This document shows positions 9,159-17,174 of a DNA stretch of 32,000 nucleotides, in pieces. Every line of letters starts with the position of its first letter. The stretch's first letter is position 1. The DNA is from Saccharofermentans sp. (GTDB lineage: Bacteria > Bacillota > Clostridia > Saccharofermentanales > Saccharofermentanaceae). The notes under the pieces are model-generated. The model did no database searches and was not told the origin of the DNA. It saw only the letters and a program-made list of their open reading frames with translations. A program made the translations under genes and the position numbers. The stretch spans positions 19,952-51,951 of the forward strand of contig JAZLLF010000021.1 in NCBI GenBank assembly GCA_045598005.1, given 5' to 3'.

Positions 9159-12100
9159 ATGAAGGAGCGCACATACATTAAAAATGAGATTCTTCTTTGT
9201 AGTCTTATCGATGGTGAGAAATCACGTAAGAAGTTCCGAATAGTTAAGAAAATCGGCGATGGTGCTATGGCAGTTGCCTATGAGGCATATAGCGATGGTA
9301 CCAGTGGTTTTGGTGTGCTTCATGAGTTTTATCCAAAGGACAGTATTATTTTAACAAGAAGATCTGATAACCAGCTTGTTGTTACAGATGGTTTTGATGA
9401 AGCTATTAATAGACTTGAAAGAGATAAAGAGAAGTATGTTTCATCTTATCTGAAGCTTGCTGAAGTTATACGTAATAATCCTGATAATAATCTGTCAGTT
9501 CATCTTCCTGTTTTTGAGATTTACTATGGTTGTGATGAAGATAAAAACATAATTGGAACTACATATATCTGGACTCCTGAACAAAAACTCGAGACTTATG
9601 AGAAAGTATGTCAGGATATTCATAGACACCCAAGTTCTTCACCAGAATTTAAACTTGTATCTGCTCTTAAGGCGATTGAGTCACTTGCTGAAGCCACACT
9701 CGATCTTCATATGGCAGGATTTATCCATCGTGACATTAAGCCTTCTAATTTTGGTTTCACATTGTCTCACGATACTATCAAGACAGACAGTTTTAAACTT
9801 TTTGATATCGACAGTATGTGTCGATCAATTCAAAGACGTGTTGATTATGTTGTTGTTTCTGAAGGTTTTACTGAGCCGGAAATGAGAGCATCAATACCTC
9901 AGAGACCAAGTGTTCAGACAGATATTTATTCAATTGGAGCGACACTTTTTTATTCAATAATTATTACACCTGAAACTAAGGCAACAGACTATAGATACAG
10001 TGATGATTACTATGACAGAATTGATGAACTTGTGGCATCTTCAAGTCTTATTTCATCAAGTGAGTCTAATTCACATCCGAAGTTAAGACATATTCTTGCG
10101 AAGATTTTGAAGAAATCTCTTGCAAAAAGAAGTGCCAGATATGAGAAGTGTGAAGATTTAATCGAGGATATTAAGACAGCCATTTACTATGCTCTTCCAG
10201 GTGAGCTTTCATCAAGAAACAAGAGAGGGGTAAAGGTTATTTACGATGACGTTAAGTCTGAATTTGATAAATTCTCAATCAAGAATTCATCGATGGTTCT
10301 TATAAATCATCTTTATGAGGTTCCATTTTACAGAAGCCTTGATAAGTCAATGGAAGATATTAATATTCTTGTGGTTGGCCTTGGAAATTATGGTCAGAAG
10401 TTTATTGATATCTGCCTTCAGGCAGGTCAGATGATCGGAAAGAGAATTCGAATTACAGCGGTTTCTTCTGATGCTCTCGACAGCAGAATTTATCTTGAAG
10501 AACGTCCTGAACTTGAGAATTTCTTCAATATAGATGGCAGAAATCCAGCGCCTGATTCTTATGGTGATATTAACTTTGTAACTTATAATTTCGATCCTGA
10601 TAATTACGATGCGAATCCAAAAGCAGTAAGAAAGAATACTGAGAGTTTTGTCACTGGTTTTAAGGATACGTTTGTTTATGCTTTTATTGCTCTTGGAAAC
10701 GATGAGATTAATAGTGCTGCTTCAAGAGGAATAAACAAGGCATACGATAAACTTGGAAAAGAAATCACAATTTCTTATGTAAACGAGAAGAAGGAAGATA
10801 TAGGTCTTATTAACGACAGGAAGAATATCTTTGCTGTTAATATTAATGCGCCACTTAAGAGCTTCAGATATAACGATGAGATTGAGAGAATGGGCTTTAA
10901 TATGCATCTTCTCTGGGAAAAGAATCTCAATGTGGATTTCAGAGAAGTATATAAGGCATATAACGATTTATATAACCATACTTCATGCGTATGTGGTGTT
11001 CTGGCACTTAAATATAAGTTGTTCAGCATTGGAATCAATCTCGATGAATTAAGTTTTGAAGAAGCTTCCGAGAAGTTCCTTTCTGAAGATGTTTCAGATG
11101 AACTGATTTATCTTGAGCACAGAAGATGGGTAACTGAAAAGATTTGTGCCGGATGGTCAAAGCGTCCTGTGGAGATGGCTTTCAACGGAGCTACAAGAGA
11201 CAAGAAACTTAAAAACCATATCTGTATTGTAAAGAGCGACAGTAACCAGAACCTTAAGCGTAATTTTACTGATAAGGGGCTTCGTACCTGGGATGAGGCT
11301 ACGGATGAAGAACTTAATACTCTTGATGAGCTCGATAGAATGTCCGTTGAGCTTCATAGAGGATATGTAAAAAAAGCTAAGGCAATTGATGTGTCAGGAC
11401 TTTTGAGCGGACATTTGTATACAAAAATGTATTCTCTCATTGAGTCTGACAAAGATGCTCTTGCAGCATTTCAGGAGTGGTTTTCCTGCGTAAAGGAGAT
11501 CTGCATTGATCTTCCTGAGAATGCTGCGCGTAAAATTAAGTTATACAGAAGCCTCAAAGATGCTTTTGTTATGGCAGCGAATAATTCTTATGTAGAGTCT
11601 CTCGTTAATGAGTTTAATAAGGCAGTTGAGCCAATTCTTCTCAGCCGTGAGTATCGCGATTTCAAGCAGGATGATACGGTAATGATTATGAATACTCCGT
11701 TCATTCTTACTTTTACAGAGAAGACAACGCTTGCCATTCCATATGAGTTTAATGATAAATCTCAGGTGTTCGATAATATATCTGCACCATGTATGGTTAA
11801 TCCAAACAGAATTGTATATTTTGTTCTGATTGAGAAGAATGAAGATATTCCAAGTTTCCGCGAGACACTTAACGGAACTATCAGCTTTATGAAGAAGAAA
11901 AACATAACATCTTCCATAGATCTGTTTATCGCTTATGACAAAACAAACGGATTTAATTTAAATCGTGCTTTTGAGAAGGCAGTTATTGAAGATGGTTATG
12001 GTCTTATTAAGAGCGTAAAGAGATTCCCTTATTCTGATATTGATTCTGTTCTTACTGAAATCAGAAAGTATATTGATAAGCGTAAATCTGGCAGAAACCA

Positions 12101-13259
12101 GCTGGCAATTGAGAAGAATAATACCAAGCTTTCTGGTTTGTTCAGGGATACAGGCATTTATAGTTCATATGCTTCTTACTATTTTGATTCTTTCAATATG
12201 GTTTTTGAAGATTTAAACGGTGCAGACTTTTTGAAATATATTTCAAAGCGTCCACATTTTACTATTTCTGAAGCTTTGTCCTTCAGACGTGCATCAAATA
12301 TTAAGAGCAACCATCCGGAATTTTATAACGATTATAAAGATCTCTGGAAGATGTATAGTAAACACCGCTCCTCCTGGATTGAGCTCAACAGTATTCTTGC
12401 TTCTTATTCTGATGTTAATGATGTAATTGTAACTTTTAATCTTGATGATTATTCAGCTTCAAAGGCAGATAATTTTGCATACATTGTTCCTCAGTACTGT
12501 TCACGAAATCTTGTAAGACTTCTTGTAAAACTTAAAAGAGCCGGGGTAATTTCAAAGGAAAGCAGCGTAACCGGATATACCAGTGATTCCTGCCATGTAA
12601 ATATCGTTGGCGACATTAAGCTTAAGGCAAAATTCGATGTAATTTTTGCGAACTGCTACTGCTTTGCAATAGATAACATGCTTAACGTAAAGAAGATTTC
12701 CGATAGTAAGGTGTCAGTGATTTACGATGATCTTTCTGTAAGAAACCTCGATATTTCTTCCTGCGAAAGCAAGATCATGCTGATTCTTAAGTACCTTGAG
12801 GAGAAGAGTTATATTAACTGTCTTAATGCTGAAGATAATAAGAAAGTAAGTTTTACTTATTCCACATCAGTCATTAAGAGATTCCTTAAAGATTCTGATG
12901 CCATGCTTCAGATCTATACATACCATAGCGTTAAGGAATTAACGAGTGTGGACGATATCTTAAGCAGTTACGAACTTAAATCAAGAAGTGATGATCCTTT
13001 AAGAGAAATCGATCTTGTAATAACAAAAGGTTTCAGAATGGTATTTGTTGAGTGTAAATCCGAAGGTGTATCGGAGGAAGAGGTACTTAACAAACTGAAT
13101 ACTCTTGTTCAAAGCGTTGGTACAAACGCAACCGCAGTTCTTATTACTGATGGTAAGGTTAAGAAGGGACTAAAGAGCGATACGGTTATTATTTCGAAGA
13201 AGGACGAGATTAATAGTATCAGTAGTACACTTATGAAGATTATTAATAGTGAATACTGA
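9159..13259 (+). CDS. multidomain Ser/Thr protein kinase fused to a Rossmann-like/RyR-like module and a Card1/Can2-like CARF + PD-(D/E)xK nuclease-like module
   Basis: Hanks-type kinase motifs: G-loop IGDGAMAVAY, catalytic loop HRDIKPSN (H190-D192, nt 9726-9734), DID for DFG, TEPE for APE, DIYSIGATLF. Downstream motifs: GLGNYG and EHRRW..GW. C-terminus has EID(1285)-x12-E(1298)CK(1300). GGAGGA lies just upstream of the ATG. Confidence 0.85.
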   Translation: MKERTYIKNEILLCSLIDGEKSRKKFRIVKKIGDGAMAVAYEAYSDGTSGFGVLHEFYPKDSIILTRRSDNQLVVTDGFDEAINRLERDKEKYVSSYLKLAEVIRNNPDNNLSVHLPVFEIYYGCDEDKNIIGTTYIWTPEQKLETYEKVCQDIHRHPSSSPEFKLVSALKAIESLAEATLDLHMAGFIHRDIKPSNFGFTLSHDTIKTDSFKLFDIDSMCRSIQRRVDYVVVSEGFTEPEMRASIPQRPSVQTDIYSIGATLFYSIIITPETKATDYRYSDDYYDRIDELVASSSLISSSESNSHPKLRHILAKILKKSLAKRSARYEKCEDLIEDIKTAIYYALPGELSSRNKRGVKVIYDDVKSEFDKFSIKNSSMVLINHLYEVPFYRSLDKSMEDINILVVGLGNYGQKFIDICLQAGQMIGKRIRITAVSSDALDSRIYLEERPELENFFNIDGRNPAPDSYGDINFVTYNFDPDNYDANPKAVRKNTESFVTGFKDTFVYAFIALGNDEINSAASRGINKAYDKLGKEITISYVNEKKEDIGLINDRKNIFAVNINAPLKSFRYNDEIERMGFNMHLLWEKNLNVDFREVYKAYNDLYNHTSCVCGVLALKYKLFSIGINLDELSFEEASEKFLSEDVSDELIYLEHRRWVTEKICAGWSKRPVEMAFNGATRDKKLKNHICIVKSDSNQNLKRNFTDKGLRTWDEATDEELNTLDELDRMSVELHRGYVKKAKAIDVSGLLSGHLYTKMYSLIESDKDALAAFQEWFSCVKEICIDLPENAARKIKLYRSLKDAFVMAANNSYVESLVNEFNKAVEPILLSREYRDFKQDDTVMIMNTPFILTFTEKTTLAIPYEFNDKSQVFDNISAPCMVNPNRIVYFVLIEKNEDIPSFRETLNGTISFMKKKNITSSIDLFIAYDKTNGFNLNRAFEKAVIEDGYGLIKSVKRFPYSDIDSVLTEIRKYIDKRKSGRNQLAIEKNNTKLSGLFRDTGIYSSYASYYFDSFNMVFEDLNGADFLKYISKRPHFTISEALSFRRASNIKSNHPEFYNDYKDLWKMYSKHRSSWIELNSILASYSDVNDVIVTFNLDDYSASKADNFAYIVPQYCSRNLVRLLVKLKRAGVISKESSVTGYTSDSCHVNIVGDIKLKAKFDVIFANCYCFAIDNMLNVKKISDSKVSVIYDDLSVRNLDISSCESKIMLILKYLEEKSYINCLNAEDNKKVSFTYSTSVIKRFLKDSDAMLQIYTYHSVKELTSVDDILSSYELKSRSDDPLREIDLVITKGFRMVFVECKSEGVSEEEVLNKLNTLVQSVGTNATAVLITDGKVKKGLKSDTVIISKKDEINSISSTLMKIINSEY
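10350..11240 (+). other. domain: Rossmann-like (VVGLGNYG) + RyR-like (LEHRRWVTEKICAGW...KNHICIV) module inside the kinase gene
   Basis: By eye it aligns block by block with residues ~312-616 of the next-but-one gene: INILVVGLGNYGQ / ISVIINGLDNYGS; FIALGNDEIN / FTSLGSDTAN; YLEHRRW / RIEHDRW. Confidence 0.6.
11725..13259 (+). other. domain: DUF1887/Card1-Can2-like region (CARF-like Rossmann, wHTH-like segments, PD-(D/E)xK core)
   Basis: The C-terminal stretch QIYTYHSVKE...REIDLVITKGFRMVFVECKSEG...LNKLNTLVQSVGTNATAVLIT matches my recollection of the DUF1887 nuclease consensus (E.D-x(n)-ECK, then a conserved G and a hydrophobic strand). Confidence 0.5.
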
Positions 13260-13290
13260 TAATTAGTCTCCCCCTTAATGGAAGTAAACA

Positions 13291-13626
13291 ATGCAGGCGG
13301 ATAATATACACATGGAGAAGAATATGAATAGTAATATACTTAATAACGGTTATGAACCATTACCAGAAGATATTTCGGATGTAGTTCTTCCAAAAGAACT
13401 GGAAGAGTTAACAGAGATTATTGCAAAAAATGTTCACGAAGTATGGTCACAGGGCAGAATTGATGATGGCTGGGTTTACGGCGAAGAACGTGATACAGAA
13501 AAGAAGACAACGCCATGTCTCGTACCATATGAAGAATTATCAGAAGAAGAAAAAGATTTTGACAGAAGAACAGCGATGAACACACTGAAGTTCATTATTA
13601 AAGCAGGGTTTAAAATTACCAAGTAA
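13291..13626 (+). CDS. stand-alone RyR (ryanodine-receptor repeat, PF02026-like) domain protein
   Basis: LTEIIAKNVHEVWSQGRIDDGWVYGEERDTEKKTTPCLVPYEELSEEEKDFDRRTAMNTLKFIIKAGFKI matches the RyR-domain pattern (HE.W...GW.YG...K..P.LVPYeELse.eK..DR). Alternative start is ATG 13324, preceded by GGAG. Confidence 0.75.
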   Translation: MQADNIHMEKNMNSNILNNGYEPLPEDISDVVLPKELEELTEIIAKNVHEVWSQGRIDDGWVYGEERDTEKKTTPCLVPYEELSEEEKDFDRRTAMNTLKFIIKAGFKITK

Positions 13627-13640
13627 CGAGGTTTTATTAT

Positions 13641-15491
13641 ATGTGGATTATTAGTTTTATTATTTCGTTGTTGATTATTGTTGCCGGCATATCATTTGCT
13701 GCACTTTATCGTAAAAACGATAAATGTAAATCACACTTTAATCTTACAAGTATTCTGATTTGCACTGTATTTATTTCCTCAGCATGCTTGTTTTTTCCTG
13801 TATACAGATTAAGTATCGAAGGTTCAAATATTCCTGCAATCAAGGCAGCACTTATGTCCCTTCATAATTCAATTAGACTTTTTGTCGTAGATGGTGATTT
13901 CCAGTTTTTATTTGATTTTAAAGACCAGATTACTCCATCAATCCTTCCATTTTATGAGATTCTTGTCATTATCGAGTTTATTGTAGCTCCAATCCTGACT
14001 TTCAGCTTTGTGCTTTCATTTTTTAAGGATCTTCAGGCTAATATGGATCTCTTTTTCAGTGGAAAGAGAGATGCTTATGTGTTCTCAGAACTTAATGAGC
14101 GTTCAATTCTTCTTGCAGAGGATATCTACAGAACAAAGAAGAATCCACTTATCGTTTTTACTGATGTTTTCGAGACTGAAGGTGAAGAATATTACGAGCT
14201 TTCAAAGCGCGTTAACATGATTGATGGTCTTTGTTTCCGCAAGGATATTACAAAGTTTAAGTTTAAAAAGTACAAGAATGATTCAGAGCATGAACTCATG
14301 TTCTTCCTTTGTTCTGACAACACTACTGATAACAAAGAGAGTATTGAGCAGTTCATTAAGCTTGATGAAAAGTACCGTGATTATGTAAATTGTTCACTTT
14401 ACTATTTCTCTTCAACTTCAGATAGTAATCTTGTTAACAGAACACTTGATGAGGCTTATGGAGAAGCACGTAAACTTAAGGTTTACAGAGTAAATGAATC
14501 AGTTCAGCTCGTTTATAACTACCTTTATGAATCTGGTATCAATCTTTATAAGGAAGCTTATGAAGAGAACGGTATGAAGAAGATTAGTGTAATTATTAAC
14601 GGACTTGATAATTACGGTTCTGAACTTCTCAAAGGACTTATCTGGTTCCTTCGAATGAAGGGTTACGATTATGAGATAAACTGCTTTGATTCGAATTTCG
14701 ATGCAGAAGATAAAATGAGACGTGAAATGCCTGAAGTTTTCCTTTGTAATGAGGGCAAGAATGAGCATGATCCGGACGTTCGTTACAATTTGAAGATTTA
14801 TCCTGATACTAATTTTGATTCAGTTCATTATGTAGACAGAATTAAGAGCATCTCAAATCCAACATTTGTATTTACAAGTCTTGGTTCAGATACTGCAAAC
14901 ATCGAACTTTCTACATATATTAAGAGAATAATCGACAGAGAATTCATTACACACGATAAAGAACCTGATACCTGCAGATTTGTTACAATTGTAAAGAATT
15001 CAACTGAGAAGGAACTTCTCAAACTTGTTGTTTACAAAGATGAGGAGAAGGATGGCAAGAAGATACGAAAAGAAATCAGATGCCTTCCTGAGAACTTCGA
15101 ACTTATTGGTGATTACAGCACACTTTATTCTTATAACTTTGTCACAATGAGTAAAATTGCAGCAGCAGGTCTTGAAAGACATCACATCTGGGGTGGTAAA
15201 GATCACCAGTATTACGGTAACGAATACAACTATAAATCATCCATCTCTTCTGCAATTCATATCAGACTTCGAAAGGAACTTAACATTCCTGGTGCAAACG
15301 TTAATCCAAAGGAGAGAACTCCTGAAGAGAAAGATACAATTTGCAGAATCGAGCATGACAGATGGAGTGCCTATACAAGAACAAATGGTTTTATCTATAA
15401 CAAGAAAAAATATACCAGCCTGAAGCTCCATAACTGTCTTATTCCTTTTGATGAGCTTGATGACAAGAATAAGGACAACGATAATGTTTGA
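13641..15491 (+). CDS. polytopic membrane protein with cytoplasmic Rossmann-like + RyR-like module
   Basis: Three to four N-terminal TM helices (WIISFIISLLIIVAGISFAAL, LTSILICTVFISSACLFFPVY, ILVIIEFIVAPILTFSFVLSFF). C-terminal half holds GLDNYG and IEHDRW(571-575)...NGFIY...LHNCLIPFDELDDKNK, paralogous to the kinase middle region. Confidence 0.7.
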   Translation: MWIISFIISLLIIVAGISFAALYRKNDKCKSHFNLTSILICTVFISSACLFFPVYRLSIEGSNIPAIKAALMSLHNSIRLFVVDGDFQFLFDFKDQITPSILPFYEILVIIEFIVAPILTFSFVLSFFKDLQANMDLFFSGKRDAYVFSELNERSILLAEDIYRTKKNPLIVFTDVFETEGEEYYELSKRVNMIDGLCFRKDITKFKFKKYKNDSEHELMFFLCSDNTTDNKESIEQFIKLDEKYRDYVNCSLYYFSSTSDSNLVNRTLDEAYGEARKLKVYRVNESVQLVYNYLYESGINLYKEAYEENGMKKISVIINGLDNYGSELLKGLIWFLRMKGYDYEINCFDSNFDAEDKMRREMPEVFLCNEGKNEHDPDVRYNLKIYPDTNFDSVHYVDRIKSISNPTFVFTSLGSDTANIELSTYIKRIIDREFITHDKEPDTCRFVTIVKNSTEKELLKLVVYKDEEKDGKKIRKEIRCLPENFELIGDYSTLYSYNFVTMSKIAAAGLERHHIWGGKDHQYYGNEYNYKSSISSAIHIRLRKELNIPGANVNPKERTPEEKDTICRIEHDRWSAYTRTNGFIYNKKKYTSLKLHNCLIPFDELDDKNKDNDNV

Positions 15492-15525
15492 TAAATAATC
15501 AGACAGAATTATTATTCAGAGTTGT

Positions 15526-15590
15526 AAAAAATACATGTGAATGAAAAGTTTTTATGAACTTTTCCCCCCGCATGTATTTTTCTATTATTT
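15526..15590 (+). terminator. compound rho-independent terminator after the membrane RyR gene
   Basis: Outer arms AAAAAATACATG (15526-15537) and CATGTATTTTT (15571-15581) enclose an inner hairpin GAAAAGT-ttttatga-ACTTTTC, followed by a T-rich run. Confidence 0.55.
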
Positions 15591-15635
15591 TAAATATTAT
15601 TATAAACGGGGGATTTTTATTTTGAGGGGTACTAT

Positions 15636-17147
15636 ATGTCTTATCGTAAAAACTTGATTTGCTCTATTGCATTGATGATTATCTGCTCTGTTCTTGTATC
15701 ATGTGCAGGCACTCTTAATACCAAACTCGACAGAGATGGTAATCCTATTGATGAGAGTTCTGAAAGTATAACTTCAGAATCTGAAACATCTGAGACTACT
15801 TCTAGTACTACTACTTCAGAGACTACAACCAGCACTTCTGAATCTACTACTGAAACCAGTGAAACGTCAGAAACTTCTGAACCTGAAGATCCTACCCCAA
15901 CACCTATAGATCCAAATAATCTGCCTGAATACTATAATCTTGTGGAACTTGGATATACTCCACCAGTAGAAAATCAAAGTGCATATGGTTCATGTCAGAG
16001 TGAAACATTTACAACAATTATGGAAAGCCGACTTCTTGTTCAGGGAATACAGTCTGATATTTCAGAGTGGGCATTTTTCCATTGTCTGAATCACTATGGA
16101 TTCCATTATAGCTATGTTGGTGAGTCATCTCTGATAGCAGATGGTTATGCAGCTATTATTCCTGAATCTGCTGCTCCATATCCTGATGATTTTGTTTATG
16201 GTGATCGTACTGAAGGATATGTTCTTCCTGATCAGTATGTAAATCACCAGGATTATTCTGTAACAGATATTTATTACTTATCTGATGAATACATGAGTAA
16301 TGATGAGATTATTGAAGTAGCAAAGACATGGCTTTATAGAAACTATGCACTTGGTGCAAGTTTTGATTTCAGCGAAGAAGCATTTGATTTATATATGTCT
16401 TCTGATCAGCAGTCTTACTACTGCACAGATTCTCACAGAACGATTAATCATATGATGACTATCGTTGGATATGATGACAATTATCCAAAGGAGAATTTTA
16501 AGAGCACTCCATCACGCGATGGTGCTTTTCTTGTTCAGAATAGCTGGGGTACTGATTATTGGAATGGAACTGGCTTCTTCTGGATTTCTTATGATGACGC
16601 AATGATGTCAGACTTTGATCTGTTTACAGTAGAGGTTGTTTCAGGTGACAGTTACGACTATGTGGATTATTACGATGTAAATGCTCACTGGTCAGACTAT
16701 ACAGCTTCACTTAGTTCTTCATCTTCAACATGTGGAATTAAATTTCATGCGGATAATGCGCTTGATCTTGATGCAGTTGGAATTTATACAACAGTTCCAA
16801 ATGAGAGTTTTCAAGTTTATCTTGATGTATCTGGAAATATGGAACAGACAGTTCTTGTTGCTGAAGGAACAAGGCAGGATCGTGGTTTTTATCGTATTGA
16901 ACTGAATGATGTGTACCATATTGATGCAGGGACAGATTATTCGTTTGTAATTGTATACACGGGTCAGGTTGGTGAATATCTTATCCCTATGGACTGGATT
17001 TTTACTGCCAGTGCTGCATCTGATTTAACAATTGGTAGAACTTCGGGTGTAACTTTCGTATATATGAATGGTTCCTGGAGAGATATTACTTCTCTTGGTG
17101 ATCAGTACGGTAATATCTGTTTCAAAGTTTATGGACACAGGTCTTAA
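15636..17147 (+). CDS. secreted lipoprotein, papain-like (C1 family) cysteine peptidase with Ser/Thr/Glu-rich linker
   Basis: Lipobox LVSC (Cys23) after a basic/hydrophobic N-terminus. C1 catalytic blocks: QSAYGSCQSETF (Cys), NHMMTIVGYDD (His), VQNSWGTDYWNGTGFFWISYD (Asn-Ser-Trp-Gly). Confidence 0.75.
   Translation: MSYRKNLICSIALMIICSVLVSCAGTLNTKLDRDGNPIDESSESITSESETSETTSSTTTSETTTSTSESTTETSETSETSEPEDPTPTPIDPNNLPEYYNLVELGYTPPVENQSAYGSCQSETFTTIMESRLLVQGIQSDISEWAFFHCLNHYGFHYSYVGESSLIADGYAAIIPESAAPYPDDFVYGDRTEGYVLPDQYVNHQDYSVTDIYYLSDEYMSNDEIIEVAKTWLYRNYALGASFDFSEEAFDLYMSSDQQSYYCTDSHRTINHMMTIVGYDDNYPKENFKSTPSRDGAFLVQNSWGTDYWNGTGFFWISYDDAMMSDFDLFTVEVVSGDSYDYVDYYDVNAHWSDYTASLSSSSSTCGIKFHADNALDLDAVGIYTTVPNESFQVYLDVSGNMEQTVLVAEGTRQDRGFYRIELNDVYHIDAGTDYSFVIVYTGQVGEYLIPMDWIFTASAASDLTIGRTSGVTFVYMNGSWRDITSLGDQYGNICFKVYGHRS
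15753..15905 (+). repeat. coding low-complexity S/T/E(P) linker (imperfect GAAAC(N)TCTGA-type DNA repeats)
   Basis: Translates as ESSESITSESETSETTSSTTTSETTTSTSESTTETSETSETSEPEDPTPTP, lying between the lipobox and the peptidase domain. Confidence 0.6.
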
Positions 17148-17174
17148 GTGATATTAATTTTGGGTGAGATTTTT

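Noticed and set aside
15582-15635. Promoter for the peptidase/vWA1/vWA2 unit (TATAAA at 15601-15606, TATTAT at 15595-15600)
   Set aside because: Several A/T hexamers fit a -10 equally well and no convincing -35 or TG extension is present. This is too ambiguous to annotate.
15753-15905. Repetitive GAAAC/TCTGA-rich DNA that could be mistaken for a tandem-repeat or CRISPR-like array
   Set aside because: The units are short and imperfect with no spacer/repeat periodicity. The region is in frame inside the peptidase gene, encoding an S/T/E linker. The antisense ORF 15641..15835 is an artefact of the same repeat.
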